Below are positions 30,875-39,904 of a stretch of DNA of 64,000 nt, in pieces; position 1 is the stretch's first letter; each line of letters opens with the position of its first letter. The DNA lies in the sequence record OQ708376.1, one strand, 5' to 3'. Made by a program: the position numbers and the translations under genes. The stretch is from Escherichia phage vB_EcoM_CRJP21. The notes beneath the pieces are model-generated. The model was not told where the DNA came from. It did no database searches and was given only the letters and a program-made list of their open reading frames with translations.

Positions 30875-33022
30875 ATGCTAAACATTACACGTATATCTAT
30901 GAGGAACTTCTTTTCATTTGGTAATGCACCACAATCAATTGATTTGAATGGTTCCGACATTTCATTAGTACTGGGTCAAAATAATGATGCAGTTATTGAA
31001 GGTGGTGACAGTACCGGACGTCGAAATGGTGTAGGGAAAAGTGCTATTATTCAAGGATTAGTTTTTGGATTATTTGGTAAAAGTATTGGTAATGATATTA
31101 AAATTCCGAACCTAGTCAATAAAACTAATGGCAAAAATTGTGAAGTAGTTGTAGAGTTTGAAAAAGATGGTGTACAATATCTGGTTGAACGTGGGAGAAG
31201 TCCCACGTATTTCAATTTTGTTACTTTAGGTAAAGATAATAAAATTGAAGATGAATCAAGGGGAGAAAAGAAAGACACACAAGAAGATTTGAATGAAATT
31301 CTTGGTATATCTCAATTATTATTTGAACATATTGTAGTACTGAATGCTAACGTTGAACCTTTCTTAGCTTTATCCACACAAAAACAACGTGATATGATAG
31401 AAGAACTTCTTGGAATAACACAGTTGACGGAAAAAGCTGAAATGCTAAAGGAGATGTATAAGGATACTAAACGTTTAGCCGAACAAGAAAAGTTCAAAAA
31501 TGAAACTGTAGCTGCAAGTAATGAACGTATTCAAAAAAGTATTGAGACACTACAAGAACAGGCAAACCAGTTTGAAATTGATAAAAATAATAGAGTATCT
31601 AAGTTAAATGAAGAGTTGAATATATATAAAACTTTAGACTTTAATGACCTCTATGAAGCTGCTGATATAAAAGAGAAAGCTCTTATTCATAACGCAAAGC
31701 GTGGGGAAATCGAACGCCGTGTACAAGAGTTGGCTTTAAAATTTGATGCATATGACCGTGAACTTGAAAGATCTAAAAGAGCATTAAATCTAAGCATTGA
31801 TAAGCTAAAAACTATTGATATTAGTGCAGAATTGGAAAATCATAATGAGTTGGAGATATGGAAACAGTTAGAGGGTATTCTAAAAGAGAATAATAACCAA
31901 AAACGTTTCAAAGAACAAAAACTAAACTCACTAAAAATAGCTTTAAAAGGATATGAATGTTCAATTAATGCTGAAATTGACAAATTATCAACAGTTGAAA
32001 ACAGCAAATGTCCACTTTGTATGTCTGAATTAGAACATAACGAACATACTTCTTCAATTAAAGACAAAATCCAAAGTACTATTAATGATCTTCAAGCTAA
32101 AATTGATAGTTCTTCTTCTGAAATTGAAACATTACTTCAAGAAATTGATAGTATTGAGATTTTTGATATGCCACCTAAGCCCGTGACATATTATAATACA
32201 CTTTCAGAAGCACAAATGCATGAACATAAGCTTCAAGAATTGGTCAGAAAGAGTGAAGAAGAACAAATAAACATCTATGCAAATGAACTTATGTCATCAT
32301 ATGATGAACTTAACTCATATGAACTAATGGAAGTTCCAGATACATTAAACAAATATGAAGTTAAAGAGTTAGAAATGACTGTAAATTCATTATCACAGCA
32401 ATTAGATCGTGAATTGAAGACTACTAACACATTTATTAGCCAAATTAATACCCTGAAGACTGATTCTTTAGTACCAATTGATTATAGCGACTATAATAAT
32501 CTTGATAAAATGTCAAATCACCAAGATTTCTTGGTTAAATTACTTTTAAACAAGGATTCTTATGTCCGTAAACGTATTATTGAGCAAAATATATCATATT
32601 TGAATACACGACTTCAGTACTATATCGATATGTGCGGTTCTGAGCATAATGTTGTGTTTTTGAATGATTTGAGTGTTGAAATTGAGAAGAGTGGACAGTA
32701 CTTTGACTATAAACAGCTTAGTAGAGGTGAGCGTACAAGGGTAAACATCGCATTATCTTGTGCTTTCCGTGATACATATGAGTCATTATACCAAAGTATT
32801 AATATTCTTATCATTGATGAGATGATTGACCAAGGTCTTGACTCAAGTGGTGTTCTACGTGTGTGGTCTATCTTCCAAGATATGGCTGCTGTACGTGGTA
32901 AGAACGTTTATGCTATTTCCCACAGAGAAGAGTTACTATCTAAGACTGAAAAAATCCTCAAAGTTGTTAAAGAGGACGGTTTCAGTACTGTTGAATATGC
33001 AACCCTTGACGATGTTTTCTAA
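30875..33022 (+). CDS. Rad50/SbcC-like recombination ATPase, gp46-like
   Basis: Walker A GRRNGVGKSA, long coiled-coil middle with CPLC zinc hook, ABC signature LSRGERTRV, Walker B ILIIDE. Confidence 0.85.
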   Translation: MLNITRISMRNFFSFGNAPQSIDLNGSDISLVLGQNNDAVIEGGDSTGRRNGVGKSAIIQGLVFGLFGKSIGNDIKIPNLVNKTNGKNCEVVVEFEKDGVQYLVERGRSPTYFNFVTLGKDNKIEDESRGEKKDTQEDLNEILGISQLLFEHIVVLNANVEPFLALSTQKQRDMIEELLGITQLTEKAEMLKEMYKDTKRLAEQEKFKNETVAASNERIQKSIETLQEQANQFEIDKNNRVSKLNEELNIYKTLDFNDLYEAADIKEKALIHNAKRGEIERRVQELALKFDAYDRELERSKRALNLSIDKLKTIDISAELENHNELEIWKQLEGILKENNNQKRFKEQKLNSLKIALKGYECSINAEIDKLSTVENSKCPLCMSELEHNEHTSSIKDKIQSTINDLQAKIDSSSSEIETLLQEIDSIEIFDMPPKPVTYYNTLSEAQMHEHKLQELVRKSEEEQINIYANELMSSYDELNSYELMEVPDTLNKYEVKELEMTVNSLSQQLDRELKTTNTFISQINTLKTDSLVPIDYSDYNNLDKMSNHQDFLVKLLLNKDSYVRKRIIEQNISYLNTRLQYYIDMCGSEHNVVFLNDLSVEIEKSGQYFDYKQLSRGERTRVNIALSCAFRDTYESLYQSINILIIDEMIDQGLDSSGVLRVWSIFQDMAAVRGKNVYAISHREELLSKTEKILKVVKEDGFSTVEYATLDDVF

Positions 33023-33027
33023 TTAAA

Positions 33028-33058
33028 GATAAAGGGAGCCTTAGCTCCCTTTTTTTAT
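33028..33058. terminator. Bidirectional rho-independent terminator
   Basis: Stem GGGAGC (33034-33039) / GCTCCC (33044-33049), loop CTTA, then T-run; overlaps the stop codon of the minus-strand gene. Confidence 0.7.
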
Positions 33059-33532
33059 ATCAACCATATTTAATTTACCGTCCTTAATCAGCTTTCTAGC
33101 TTGCTTTACACGAGCAGTAGTGTTACTACCAGGGACAACTCCTAACCCTTCCAGAATCGCGTTTTGCTGTGTTGCTGGAAGCCTTTTAAACTTATTAACA
33201 TCCACAGTTAGTGCAGTGTGATGTATAACTTGTTCATCGTCAGGAATGCTGTTATTACGCTCTAAGTAATCAGCAAGATTTCTGAGTACCTCATATAATG
33301 GTTTATCAGTTAAGTGCTTCATATATCGATTGAAGCTGTTTTGTACCTTTCCTTCCCAAGCATTGACTTCATTTTGAAGAACTTGTCTACAATGTTGGTT
33401 ACCATAGTGGTAGTGATCCAGTACTGGTTTAGTTATTGGTTCTTTAATTATAGGATCTATTCCATTTTGTTTCTTTAGTAATTTGTTTCGATAGTTTGCA
33501 GCATCCTTACTATCTTTTAATCTTTTTTTCAT
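33041..33532 (-). CDS. Endonuclease VII-like (gp49-like) junction-resolving nuclease, lacking the zinc cysteines
   Basis: By-eye alignment with T4 endo VII: QNG, LDHYHY (LDHDHE in T4), NAWEG (NAAEG), FNR, L..YLE; the four Zn-ligand Cys positions are not Cys here; TATAAATA late-promoter motif upstream on the minus strand. Confidence 0.45.
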   Translation of the reverse strand: MKKRLKDSKDAANYRNKLLKKQNGIDPIIKEPITKPVLDHYHYGNQHCRQVLQNEVNAWEGKVQNSFNRYMKHLTDKPLYEVLRNLADYLERNNSIPDDEQVIHHTALTVDVNKFKRLPATQQNAILEGLGVVPGSNTTARVKQARKLIKDGKLNMVDIKKGS

Positions 33533-33562
33533 AATTCCTCACCAAACTATTTGTTATCAAAA

Positions 33563-33570
33563 TATTTATA
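33563..33570 (-). promoter_or_regulatory. T4-type late promoter motif TATAAATA (minus strand)
   Basis: Plus-strand TATTTATA at 33563-33570, about 30 nt upstream of the endo VII-like start codon. Confidence 0.4.
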
Positions 33571-33623
33571 GATTAGTTATTTGCAATATTTTAAGTACTT
33601 AATGAATATTTTTATAAAAATAG

Positions 33624-33652
33624 TGAGACAACTTTAAAGTTTGTGCTATAAT
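33624..33652 (+). promoter_or_regulatory. Promoter: TGAGAC, 17-bp spacer, TGcTATAAT
   Basis: TGAGAC at 33624-33629, TATAAT at 33647-33652 with TG at 33644-33645; no protein-coding ORF downstream. Confidence 0.5.
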
Positions 33653-33659
33653 GTTTGTT

Positions 33660-34107
33660 GTAGTAATGACAATCCTGTTGAATGCAGAAATGCATATAAA
33701 TTAGAACCTGATCCTATCGAAAATGTAGATGGCAGATGAGCAGTTCAACAGTGCGATGAGCAAAAGAAACCCGTTAGATGTGGGCATAGTTTGAACCCCT
33801 CACGGCAATGCGGCTCAATAAAGAACTCCGATAAGCATACAGAGAGTTCCTCGATAGACATATAAGGATCGCACCTTACCAGATTTGCTAAGGGAGTTTA
33901 TTAAGTGATTTTAATAAACAGCCTGAAGTTTGATTGTATAGACTTTCAGGTGAGTGTCAGGATGATTAAGACTGACGACCGTTGCACATGACTGCGATAG
34001 AGAGAAACAGAGCAACCCGCTTTCGTTCTTAATATATTTTTAAGAAATTCGCAATACAATAAATGCTGAAACCATCAGCGTCAAGAAATAGAGACTTCAT
34101 TGTCTCT
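33660..34107 (+). ncRNA. Candidate structured non-coding RNA (about 450 nt, unknown class)
   Basis: Bounded by the promoter at 33624-33652 and an intrinsic terminator at 34090-34112; no ORF above about 20 codons on either strand; several internal hairpins; visibly less AT-rich than flanks. Confidence 0.35.
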
Positions 34108-34114
34108 TTTTTAT
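34088..34114 (+). terminator. Rho-independent terminator
   Basis: Stem AGAGAC (34090-34095) / GTCTCT (34102-34107), loop TTCATT, T-run 34108-34112. Confidence 0.7.
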
Positions 34115-34329
34115 TGTCTTCATTCCCCTGCGGGGGGATGAAAATGTCCTCAACAAATCCCGTCAAGTATTAAATCTTTTAAAGTTCTTTATAATTAATT
34201 TAATTAAATGAATATGAGTTACGTAGTAACGAATATTCTTCAGCTAACGAATGAAATGAGTTAGATGAATCCAATAATATTAAAATTAATCCTTTCATAA
34301 TTCAATTCAAATAATTCTGTAGTTTAAAA

Positions 34330-34360
34330 CCAAAAAAAAAACCAGCAACAATGTGCTGGC
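34330..34360 (-). terminator. Rho-independent terminator (minus strand)
   Basis: Stem CCAGCA / TGCTGG (34342-34359) preceded on the plus strand by a 10-A run (T-run on minus), just downstream of the minus-strand operon. Confidence 0.65.
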
Positions 34361-34370
34361 TATATGAAAA

Positions 34371-34580
34371 TTAGTGCTTCTCGTTTTGTTTTTTAATTTT
34401 TTTATTAAAAGACTTAACTAATAAGTCTCTATCTATTAATGGCATATTAAGGAGTGTTCCATAGTCAATGTTATCCATATATACAGAACATTCCATTAGT
34501 GCATTTTTGATTTCTGACTTATTCAGTTCTATCTCCTTCAGTACTTCTTGTATTTCTTCAGGAGATGACTGGAGAAGCAT
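34371..34580 (-). CDS. Hypothetical protein (69 aa)
   Basis: Small ORF overlapping the stop of the upstream gene at 34580; charged, helix-like composition. Confidence 0.4.
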   Translation of the reverse strand: MLLQSSPEEIQEVLKEIELNKSEIKNALMECSVYMDNIDYGTLLNMPLIDRDLLVKSFNKKIKKQNEKH

Positions 34581-35416
34581 TACTCGAAAAAATGACTAGG
34601 ATCATATTTTAGTCCATCAATTTCCCATTGATGATTACATCCATCACATTCTACTTCCATACTATGAGATACACCAATTTCAAGTACTTCATCCATTTTT
34701 TCACGAATTAGTTTAAGTACTCCCTTCGATTGTTGTCCAAGCCATTCATTAATAAATTCTTTTTCAACTACTTCATCACCATCTGGTGTTATAATTTTTG
34801 CAATAACTCCACCAATCATATCGAAGTTAAGTTGAGCCATGTTTTCAAATACTTCAGAAAATATTTTTACTTTTTCATCTTTATCAATATCAGCAGTTTC
34901 AAGAAACTTAGTCTTCTGCTGCTCACTGAACATGCGTTCAGCAAACGATGAATATTCTTTCCATGTCAGTGGTCTAAATTCTAAACGTAGTCCATTATCT
35001 AAATCAATTGATGGGATTTCTTCAAATGCTTGTGCAGTTTCAAGAAGATATGATAGATTACGTTCAAATCGACCTTCTTTTTCACATTCAGGACATACAA
35101 CGTTAATATCATATGTTTCTTCTTTAGAAGCAACTTTAATAGCAATAAGAAGCATTTCAACGTCATTTACATACAACTCATCAGCGTCAATTACATTAGG
35201 AACACAGTTTTCAATAACACGGGATACTGCATCTCCGTTTAGTAACATATCGGGGGTATTAAGTGTCATTTCATCACGTGCACTACGTGCACAAACTCCA
35301 CATTTGACACCTTTTGGACCTAGAACTCCTTCTTTATAAGGAATAACGCCGTTTGTAACTAACTTAGTACTGATCTCTTCAATTTTAGTGTACTTAGCAA
35401 GTGGATTCATAGCCAT
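34580..35416 (-). CDS. Zinc-ribbon protein with three CxxC pairs, unknown function
   Basis: CGVC, CPEC and CDGC motifs in a 278-aa ORF. Confidence 0.5.
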   Translation of the reverse strand: MAMNPLAKYTKIEEISTKLVTNGVIPYKEGVLGPKGVKCGVCARSARDEMTLNTPDMLLNGDAVSRVIENCVPNVIDADELYVNDVEMLLIAIKVASKEETYDINVVCPECEKEGRFERNLSYLLETAQAFEEIPSIDLDNGLRLEFRPLTWKEYSSFAERMFSEQQKTKFLETADIDKDEKVKIFSEVFENMAQLNFDMIGGVIAKIITPDGDEVVEKEFINEWLGQQSKGVLKLIREKMDEVLEIGVSHSMEVECDGCNHQWEIDGLKYDPSHFFE

Positions 35417-35546
35417 TTTATTAAATCTCCATGTAATAAATGTGTTTTAGTATTTATAAGACTAAAAAAGATTAAATTAAACTAATTTTTATATTCTCTA
35501 TAGTTTCATAAATATTTCTATAATACATCTATTAAAAGGGAATGTT

Positions 35547-37751
35547 ATGGCTGGAAATACAAGTGATTACCTACTCCAGCAGTTGGTTAATCAAACTAAA
35601 GATAACAACGATAGTTTGAGTGCTATTCGTGAGTTATTGGCTGAAAATATAAAAAATGATAGAAAGAAATCCGGTTCTAAAAGTGGAAAACGTAATGGAA
35701 GTAATTCATCAAGTACTGGAAACCGTGGCTCTCGAACAAATAACAAAGCTGATGATGGTAAAGAATTTGGAAAAATATTCAAATCATTATCATCTGAAGT
35801 ATCGAATGTCGGCAAAACTATGATGAGTACGTCTGCAAACGTTAGCAATGTTGTAAACTCACTAGGAATGAGTGCATCTTCATTTGCTGGTTCATTAGCA
35901 ATGATCCCAGGTCCAGTTGGTGCAGCAGCATCTGCATTCAAATTGGTCGCTGACGCTGGTTTAGCAGTTTATAATGTGTTAAATGCACAGCTTGAAGTTT
36001 ATAATAGAATAAACAGTGCTGGTGTCGCTCTATCTGAAGGTTACGGCTCCATATTAAAAGGTGCTGGTGCATCAATGATGAGTATTGATGCATTTGGTGA
36101 AGCATTACAAACTCATAGTGCCGTTGTTGCACAATTAGATGGTGCATATGGTGATGGTGTTTCTACATTTGGTAAATTATTGGGTACTGTGCAACAAGCA
36201 CAAAATCAATTAGGTTTATATGGTGTTTCTCAAAAAACATTAACTGATTTAACTGCACGTAATATTAAATTCCAAAAGCAATTTGGTGGAAGAGAAATGT
36301 TACGTAGTATGGATCAAGCAAAAAGTACTGAACAGTTTATCATGAGCATGACTAAGTTCAGTAAAAGCATGGGTGAGTCAGTTGATGCACTATTAAATAA
36401 AACACAAAACTTAGATAAATCATTAGACACACGTTCAATGCAAATCGCATTACAAAACTATTCTGGATTATCTAGTAAAGCAGCAGTTGCAACATCAAAA
36501 GCATTTAACGAAGCGGCTGCCAGTATGGGTGATGCTGGTGCAGATTTTCTACGTTTAATTTCACATCGTTTAACTATTGGTGGAGTACCAGATGATTTAT
36601 TGACTCCAGTACTGAACCAATTTGCTGATTTAGGTGAGAACTTGGTACGTAGTGGTGTTACTGATTCACAAGAAATTCGCCGTCAACAATTGGAATTTGT
36701 TAAAAAGAACAAAGAACTAATAAAGCAAGATTTATTAAATCAGATACAATTAGGAAACACTACAGCAGCAACCTTCAACCAACAGCTACTTGATATGGAA
36801 GCTGCGATTAATGATCCTAAGAGTCAACCAGCAGATAAACTAACACAATTCACGGATAGATTCAATAGATGGATTAGTAAAGAATTTACTGAACCATTTA
36901 ATAAAATGTATGCAGATACACAAAATTCTATTGCGGATTACCTTACTGATATTGCAGACCGTACTGATGGTGCATGGGAATTTATCGGAGAGTTAGCACT
37001 TGATGGTTTTGGTTTGGTTCCTATTGCGAAAGATGCAGTTGCGTATTTGGATAGGATTGGTGGTGAGTTTGAGCAGTGGTTAGAAGGGTTAGGTACTGAA
37101 ATTTTTGGTAGTGGATATAATAAAGTTTCAGAAGCATTTGATAGCTTTATGAATAACCTAATGGATCTTCCTGGTAAACTTTGGGATTCTGTTAAAGGTT
37201 GGTTTGGTGGTTCAGACGACAAAGTAAAAGTAGAAAACAATTCTGTTACCGATGGTGCAGAAAAAGTTAATAATTATTTTGAAGAAAAAATGAATTCATT
37301 TGGTGATTATATTTCTAGTTCATTTGATGGTTTTTTAAAATGGAATTCAAGTAGAAACTTTAAACAACCAAAACCCCTTGATGAATCAGTTGCTGAAAAA
37401 CTTATTAGTAGTGGTCTTGAAAATAAGCCAAGAGCTACTGCGAGAATTGAAAAATCTGAACATGTTGCACCATATGTAACGATAACTCCAAAAACATTTG
37501 ACAAATCAGCATGGGGACCAAATGATCTACCAATTCAAGCTGAACCGGACGATTATGAGTCCATGAAAGCGATGATAAATAGTGGTAGTAGTATGGCAAA
37601 TGCTAATAATAATGCCACAATATCAGAAGACATGAAAGAGTTACTTAAAAAACTTGCTGATGTTAATGAGCAATCTCTATCTGCTGTACAACAGACAAAT
37701 AACTATCTAAGAACTATCTCTGAAAACACTCAAGGTGAGAGAAACAGTTAA
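35547..37751 (+). CDS. Hypothetical protein (734 aa), possible internal virion / tape-measure-like protein
   Basis: Basic Ser/Gly/Lys/Arg-rich N-terminus, then Ala/Gly-rich hydrophobic segment and long helical Q/L/K-rich stretches; immediately upstream of portal. Confidence 0.5.
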   Translation: MAGNTSDYLLQQLVNQTKDNNDSLSAIRELLAENIKNDRKKSGSKSGKRNGSNSSSTGNRGSRTNNKADDGKEFGKIFKSLSSEVSNVGKTMMSTSANVSNVVNSLGMSASSFAGSLAMIPGPVGAAASAFKLVADAGLAVYNVLNAQLEVYNRINSAGVALSEGYGSILKGAGASMMSIDAFGEALQTHSAVVAQLDGAYGDGVSTFGKLLGTVQQAQNQLGLYGVSQKTLTDLTARNIKFQKQFGGREMLRSMDQAKSTEQFIMSMTKFSKSMGESVDALLNKTQNLDKSLDTRSMQIALQNYSGLSSKAAVATSKAFNEAAASMGDAGADFLRLISHRLTIGGVPDDLLTPVLNQFADLGENLVRSGVTDSQEIRRQQLEFVKKNKELIKQDLLNQIQLGNTTAATFNQQLLDMEAAINDPKSQPADKLTQFTDRFNRWISKEFTEPFNKMYADTQNSIADYLTDIADRTDGAWEFIGELALDGFGLVPIAKDAVAYLDRIGGEFEQWLEGLGTEIFGSGYNKVSEAFDSFMNNLMDLPGKLWDSVKGWFGGSDDKVKVENNSVTDGAEKVNNYFEEKMNSFGDYISSSFDGFLKWNSSRNFKQPKPLDESVAEKLISSGLENKPRATARIEKSEHVAPYVTITPKTFDKSAWGPNDLPIQAEPDDYESMKAMINSGSSMANANNNATISEDMKELLKKLADVNEQSLSAVQQTNNYLRTISENTQGERNS

Positions 37752-37762
37752 GGACGAAAATA

Positions 37763-39502
37763 ATGAGTTGGAAACGACATATGACAGTGGGAAGGTCTAA
37801 ACTATCGACCATCCCAAATCAGTCCAGTAATAGCAATAAATCAACAGGAACGAAAACAAATTTCGCTTCCTATCTTCCTGTTGTATATAATGGATTGGCA
37901 AATCGTACTGAGCGTTATAGTCAGTATGAGCAAATGGACCAAGATCCTGAAATTAGAACTGCATTGAATATAATTGCTGACTTTTGTACTCAAAGTACTG
38001 AAGATTTTGGTTTACCATATAAAATCAAATATAAAGATGATATTGGTGATACTGAAGTAACGACTATTGAAGATCGTTTAGATGCATGGACTGAACAAAA
38101 TGATTTTAAAACACGAATGTATGAAATTGTGCGTGGTCTTCTGAAATATGGTGATCAATTTTTCATTCGAGATCCAGAAACATTCGATTGGTATTGGGTA
38201 AGTCCCAAAAATGTTGAGCAAGTATTTGTTAACGAAGCCACTGGTAAAACACCAGTAATTTATTATATACGTGACGTATCATTAAATTTGAAAGATAAAG
38301 TTTTTAGTAACCTTCAAGTAGGATTTGATAAAACCGCTTATCCAGGAGCTATTCCAACAACAATGGGTGGTGGTGGTTCAGTAGCTGCTGGTGGTGCATC
38401 TGGTTTTACAAGTCAAGGAAATACGGCTGACCCATTCAGTACTAACGGTCAATTAGACGTTATTCCTGTTGGTGCAGAACACGTAATTCATCTAACACTA
38501 AATACAGGACAAGATGGGGTATGGCCTTTTGGTACTAGTATACTTGAGGACGTATTTAAAGTCTATAAGCAAAAAGAACTTCTGGAAGATAGTATCATAA
38601 TTTATCGTGTACAACGTGCACCTGAGCGTCGTGTATTTAAAATTGATGTTGGTGATATGCAAGCACACCAAGCGATGGCTTATGTTGAAAGATTTAAAAA
38701 TGAAATCCACCAGCGTAGAATACCTTCAAACAAAGGTGGAAGTACTTCACTAATGGATGCAGCGTATAATCCATTAAGCATTTTAGAAGACTACTTTTTC
38801 CCACAAACTTCTGAAGGTCGTGGTTCAGATGTTCAAACATTACCAGGCGGTGATAACTTAGGACAAATTGATGACTTACGTTATTTCAATAATAAATTGA
38901 TTCGTGGTCTTCAAATACCAGCTTCATATCTACCACAAGGTCCAGATGATGGTGGTGTTTCATTATTTGGTGATGGTGCTACACAAGCTATGGCAAGTGA
39001 ATTGCGATTCAATAATCAATGTATGCGTTATCAACGTTTAGTTGCAAAACATTTTGATGCTGAATTCAAAAGATTTATGGTTAAAAATGGATATAACATT
39101 AGTACTTCATCTTTTGAAGTTATTATGAATCCACCTATTAACTTAGCTTCTTATCGTAAAGCTGAACTAGATGCTAAACTAATTAATACATATCTTCCTC
39201 TTAATGACTTGCCTTATATGGCAAAACAAACAATTCTTGAAAAAATGGGCTTTTCTAAAGCTGATATTGTTAAGAATGAACAAATGTGGTTACAAGAGAA
39301 TCCACAAGATGGTTCCCAACCTTCTGGTGGTGAAGAAGATTCCGCAGGATTGCAGTCTGTTGGTATTGATGCTCCAAATGATCCTGGAATGGATCTTGGT
39401 ATTGATGGAGAAGGTAATTTGGAAAGTGCTGATGCCGAATACCAAGAGCAACAGAGTGGAAGTGGTGGTTTCGACCCTAATAATTTAGGCAATTCTTTTT
39501 AA
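37763..39502 (+). CDS. gp20: Portal protein, gp20-like
   Basis: Strong by-eye match to T4 gp20 core (IIYRVQRAPERRVF vs VVIYRITRAPDRRVW; TLPGGDNLGQIDDLRYF vs TLPGADNTGNMEDIRWF). Confidence 0.85.
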   Translation: MSWKRHMTVGRSKLSTIPNQSSNSNKSTGTKTNFASYLPVVYNGLANRTERYSQYEQMDQDPEIRTALNIIADFCTQSTEDFGLPYKIKYKDDIGDTEVTTIEDRLDAWTEQNDFKTRMYEIVRGLLKYGDQFFIRDPETFDWYWVSPKNVEQVFVNEATGKTPVIYYIRDVSLNLKDKVFSNLQVGFDKTAYPGAIPTTMGGGGSVAAGGASGFTSQGNTADPFSTNGQLDVIPVGAEHVIHLTLNTGQDGVWPFGTSILEDVFKVYKQKELLEDSIIIYRVQRAPERRVFKIDVGDMQAHQAMAYVERFKNEIHQRRIPSNKGGSTSLMDAAYNPLSILEDYFFPQTSEGRGSDVQTLPGGDNLGQIDDLRYFNNKLIRGLQIPASYLPQGPDDGGVSLFGDGATQAMASELRFNNQCMRYQRLVAKHFDAEFKRFMVKNGYNISTSSFEVIMNPPINLASYRKAELDAKLINTYLPLNDLPYMAKQTILEKMGFSKADIVKNEQMWLQENPQDGSQPSGGEEDSAGLQSVGIDAPNDPGMDLGIDGEGNLESADAEYQEQQSGSGGFDPNNLGNSF

Positions 39503-39575
39503 ACATAAATAACAATGTATAAGAATGAGGGTTTATTTTTACCCTCATTTATAATGCATATTTCAAGGAGATCAA

Positions 39576-39803
39576 ATGTTAAAGGACATCTTTGAATCTA
39601 GCAGTGATTCAATGTACGACCCTGAAGATGATCAGAACGTATATAAAATTACTGATTCCAGAAAACCGAAACTAACATTACAAGTATTAAACAACTTAAG
39701 AAAGTACCGTGAATTTAAAGCACATGAAGAACAACGCCGCAAAAATGTGGTTGCAGTTGTTTATGCCGCTGCACCAACAGGTGACGGTTCTGGGTTAATG
39801 TAA
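39576..39803 (+). CDS. Small head-module protein (75 aa), possible prohead core protein
   Basis: Small ORF between portal and the acidic/protease genes, the position of gp67/gp68 in T4; no motif. Confidence 0.35.
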   Translation: MLKDIFESSSDSMYDPEDDQNVYKITDSRKPKLTLQVLNNLRKYREFKAHEEQRRKNVVAVVYAAAPTGDGSGLM

Positions 39804-39904
39804 ACCGAAAATCGCACTTTTTAAAGCTTTTAAAAAAGGCGATTTTATTCAGTACTAAATAATATCATACTTTATACGAATGTAATATATCTATGGAGGA
39901 TATA

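Noticed and set aside
33533-34370. tRNA or tmRNA gene in the ORF-free interval
   Set aside because: No GTTCRANYC T-loop with flanking acceptor stem, no CCA-adjacent tRNA-like 3' end, and no tmRNA tag frame were found by eye, so it is kept as an unclassified ncRNA candidate.
35591-37504. Minus-strand ORFs antisense to the 734-aa gene, and 61562..61921 antisense to gp32
   Set aside because: Shadow ORFs opposite well-supported genes; Gly/Ala/Thr-rich translations mirror the sense-strand codon bias.
39522-39549. Hairpin AATGAGGGT/ACCCTCATT after the portal gene as an intrinsic terminator
   Set aside because: The stem is followed by only a three-T run; more likely an RNA structural element or weak attenuator.
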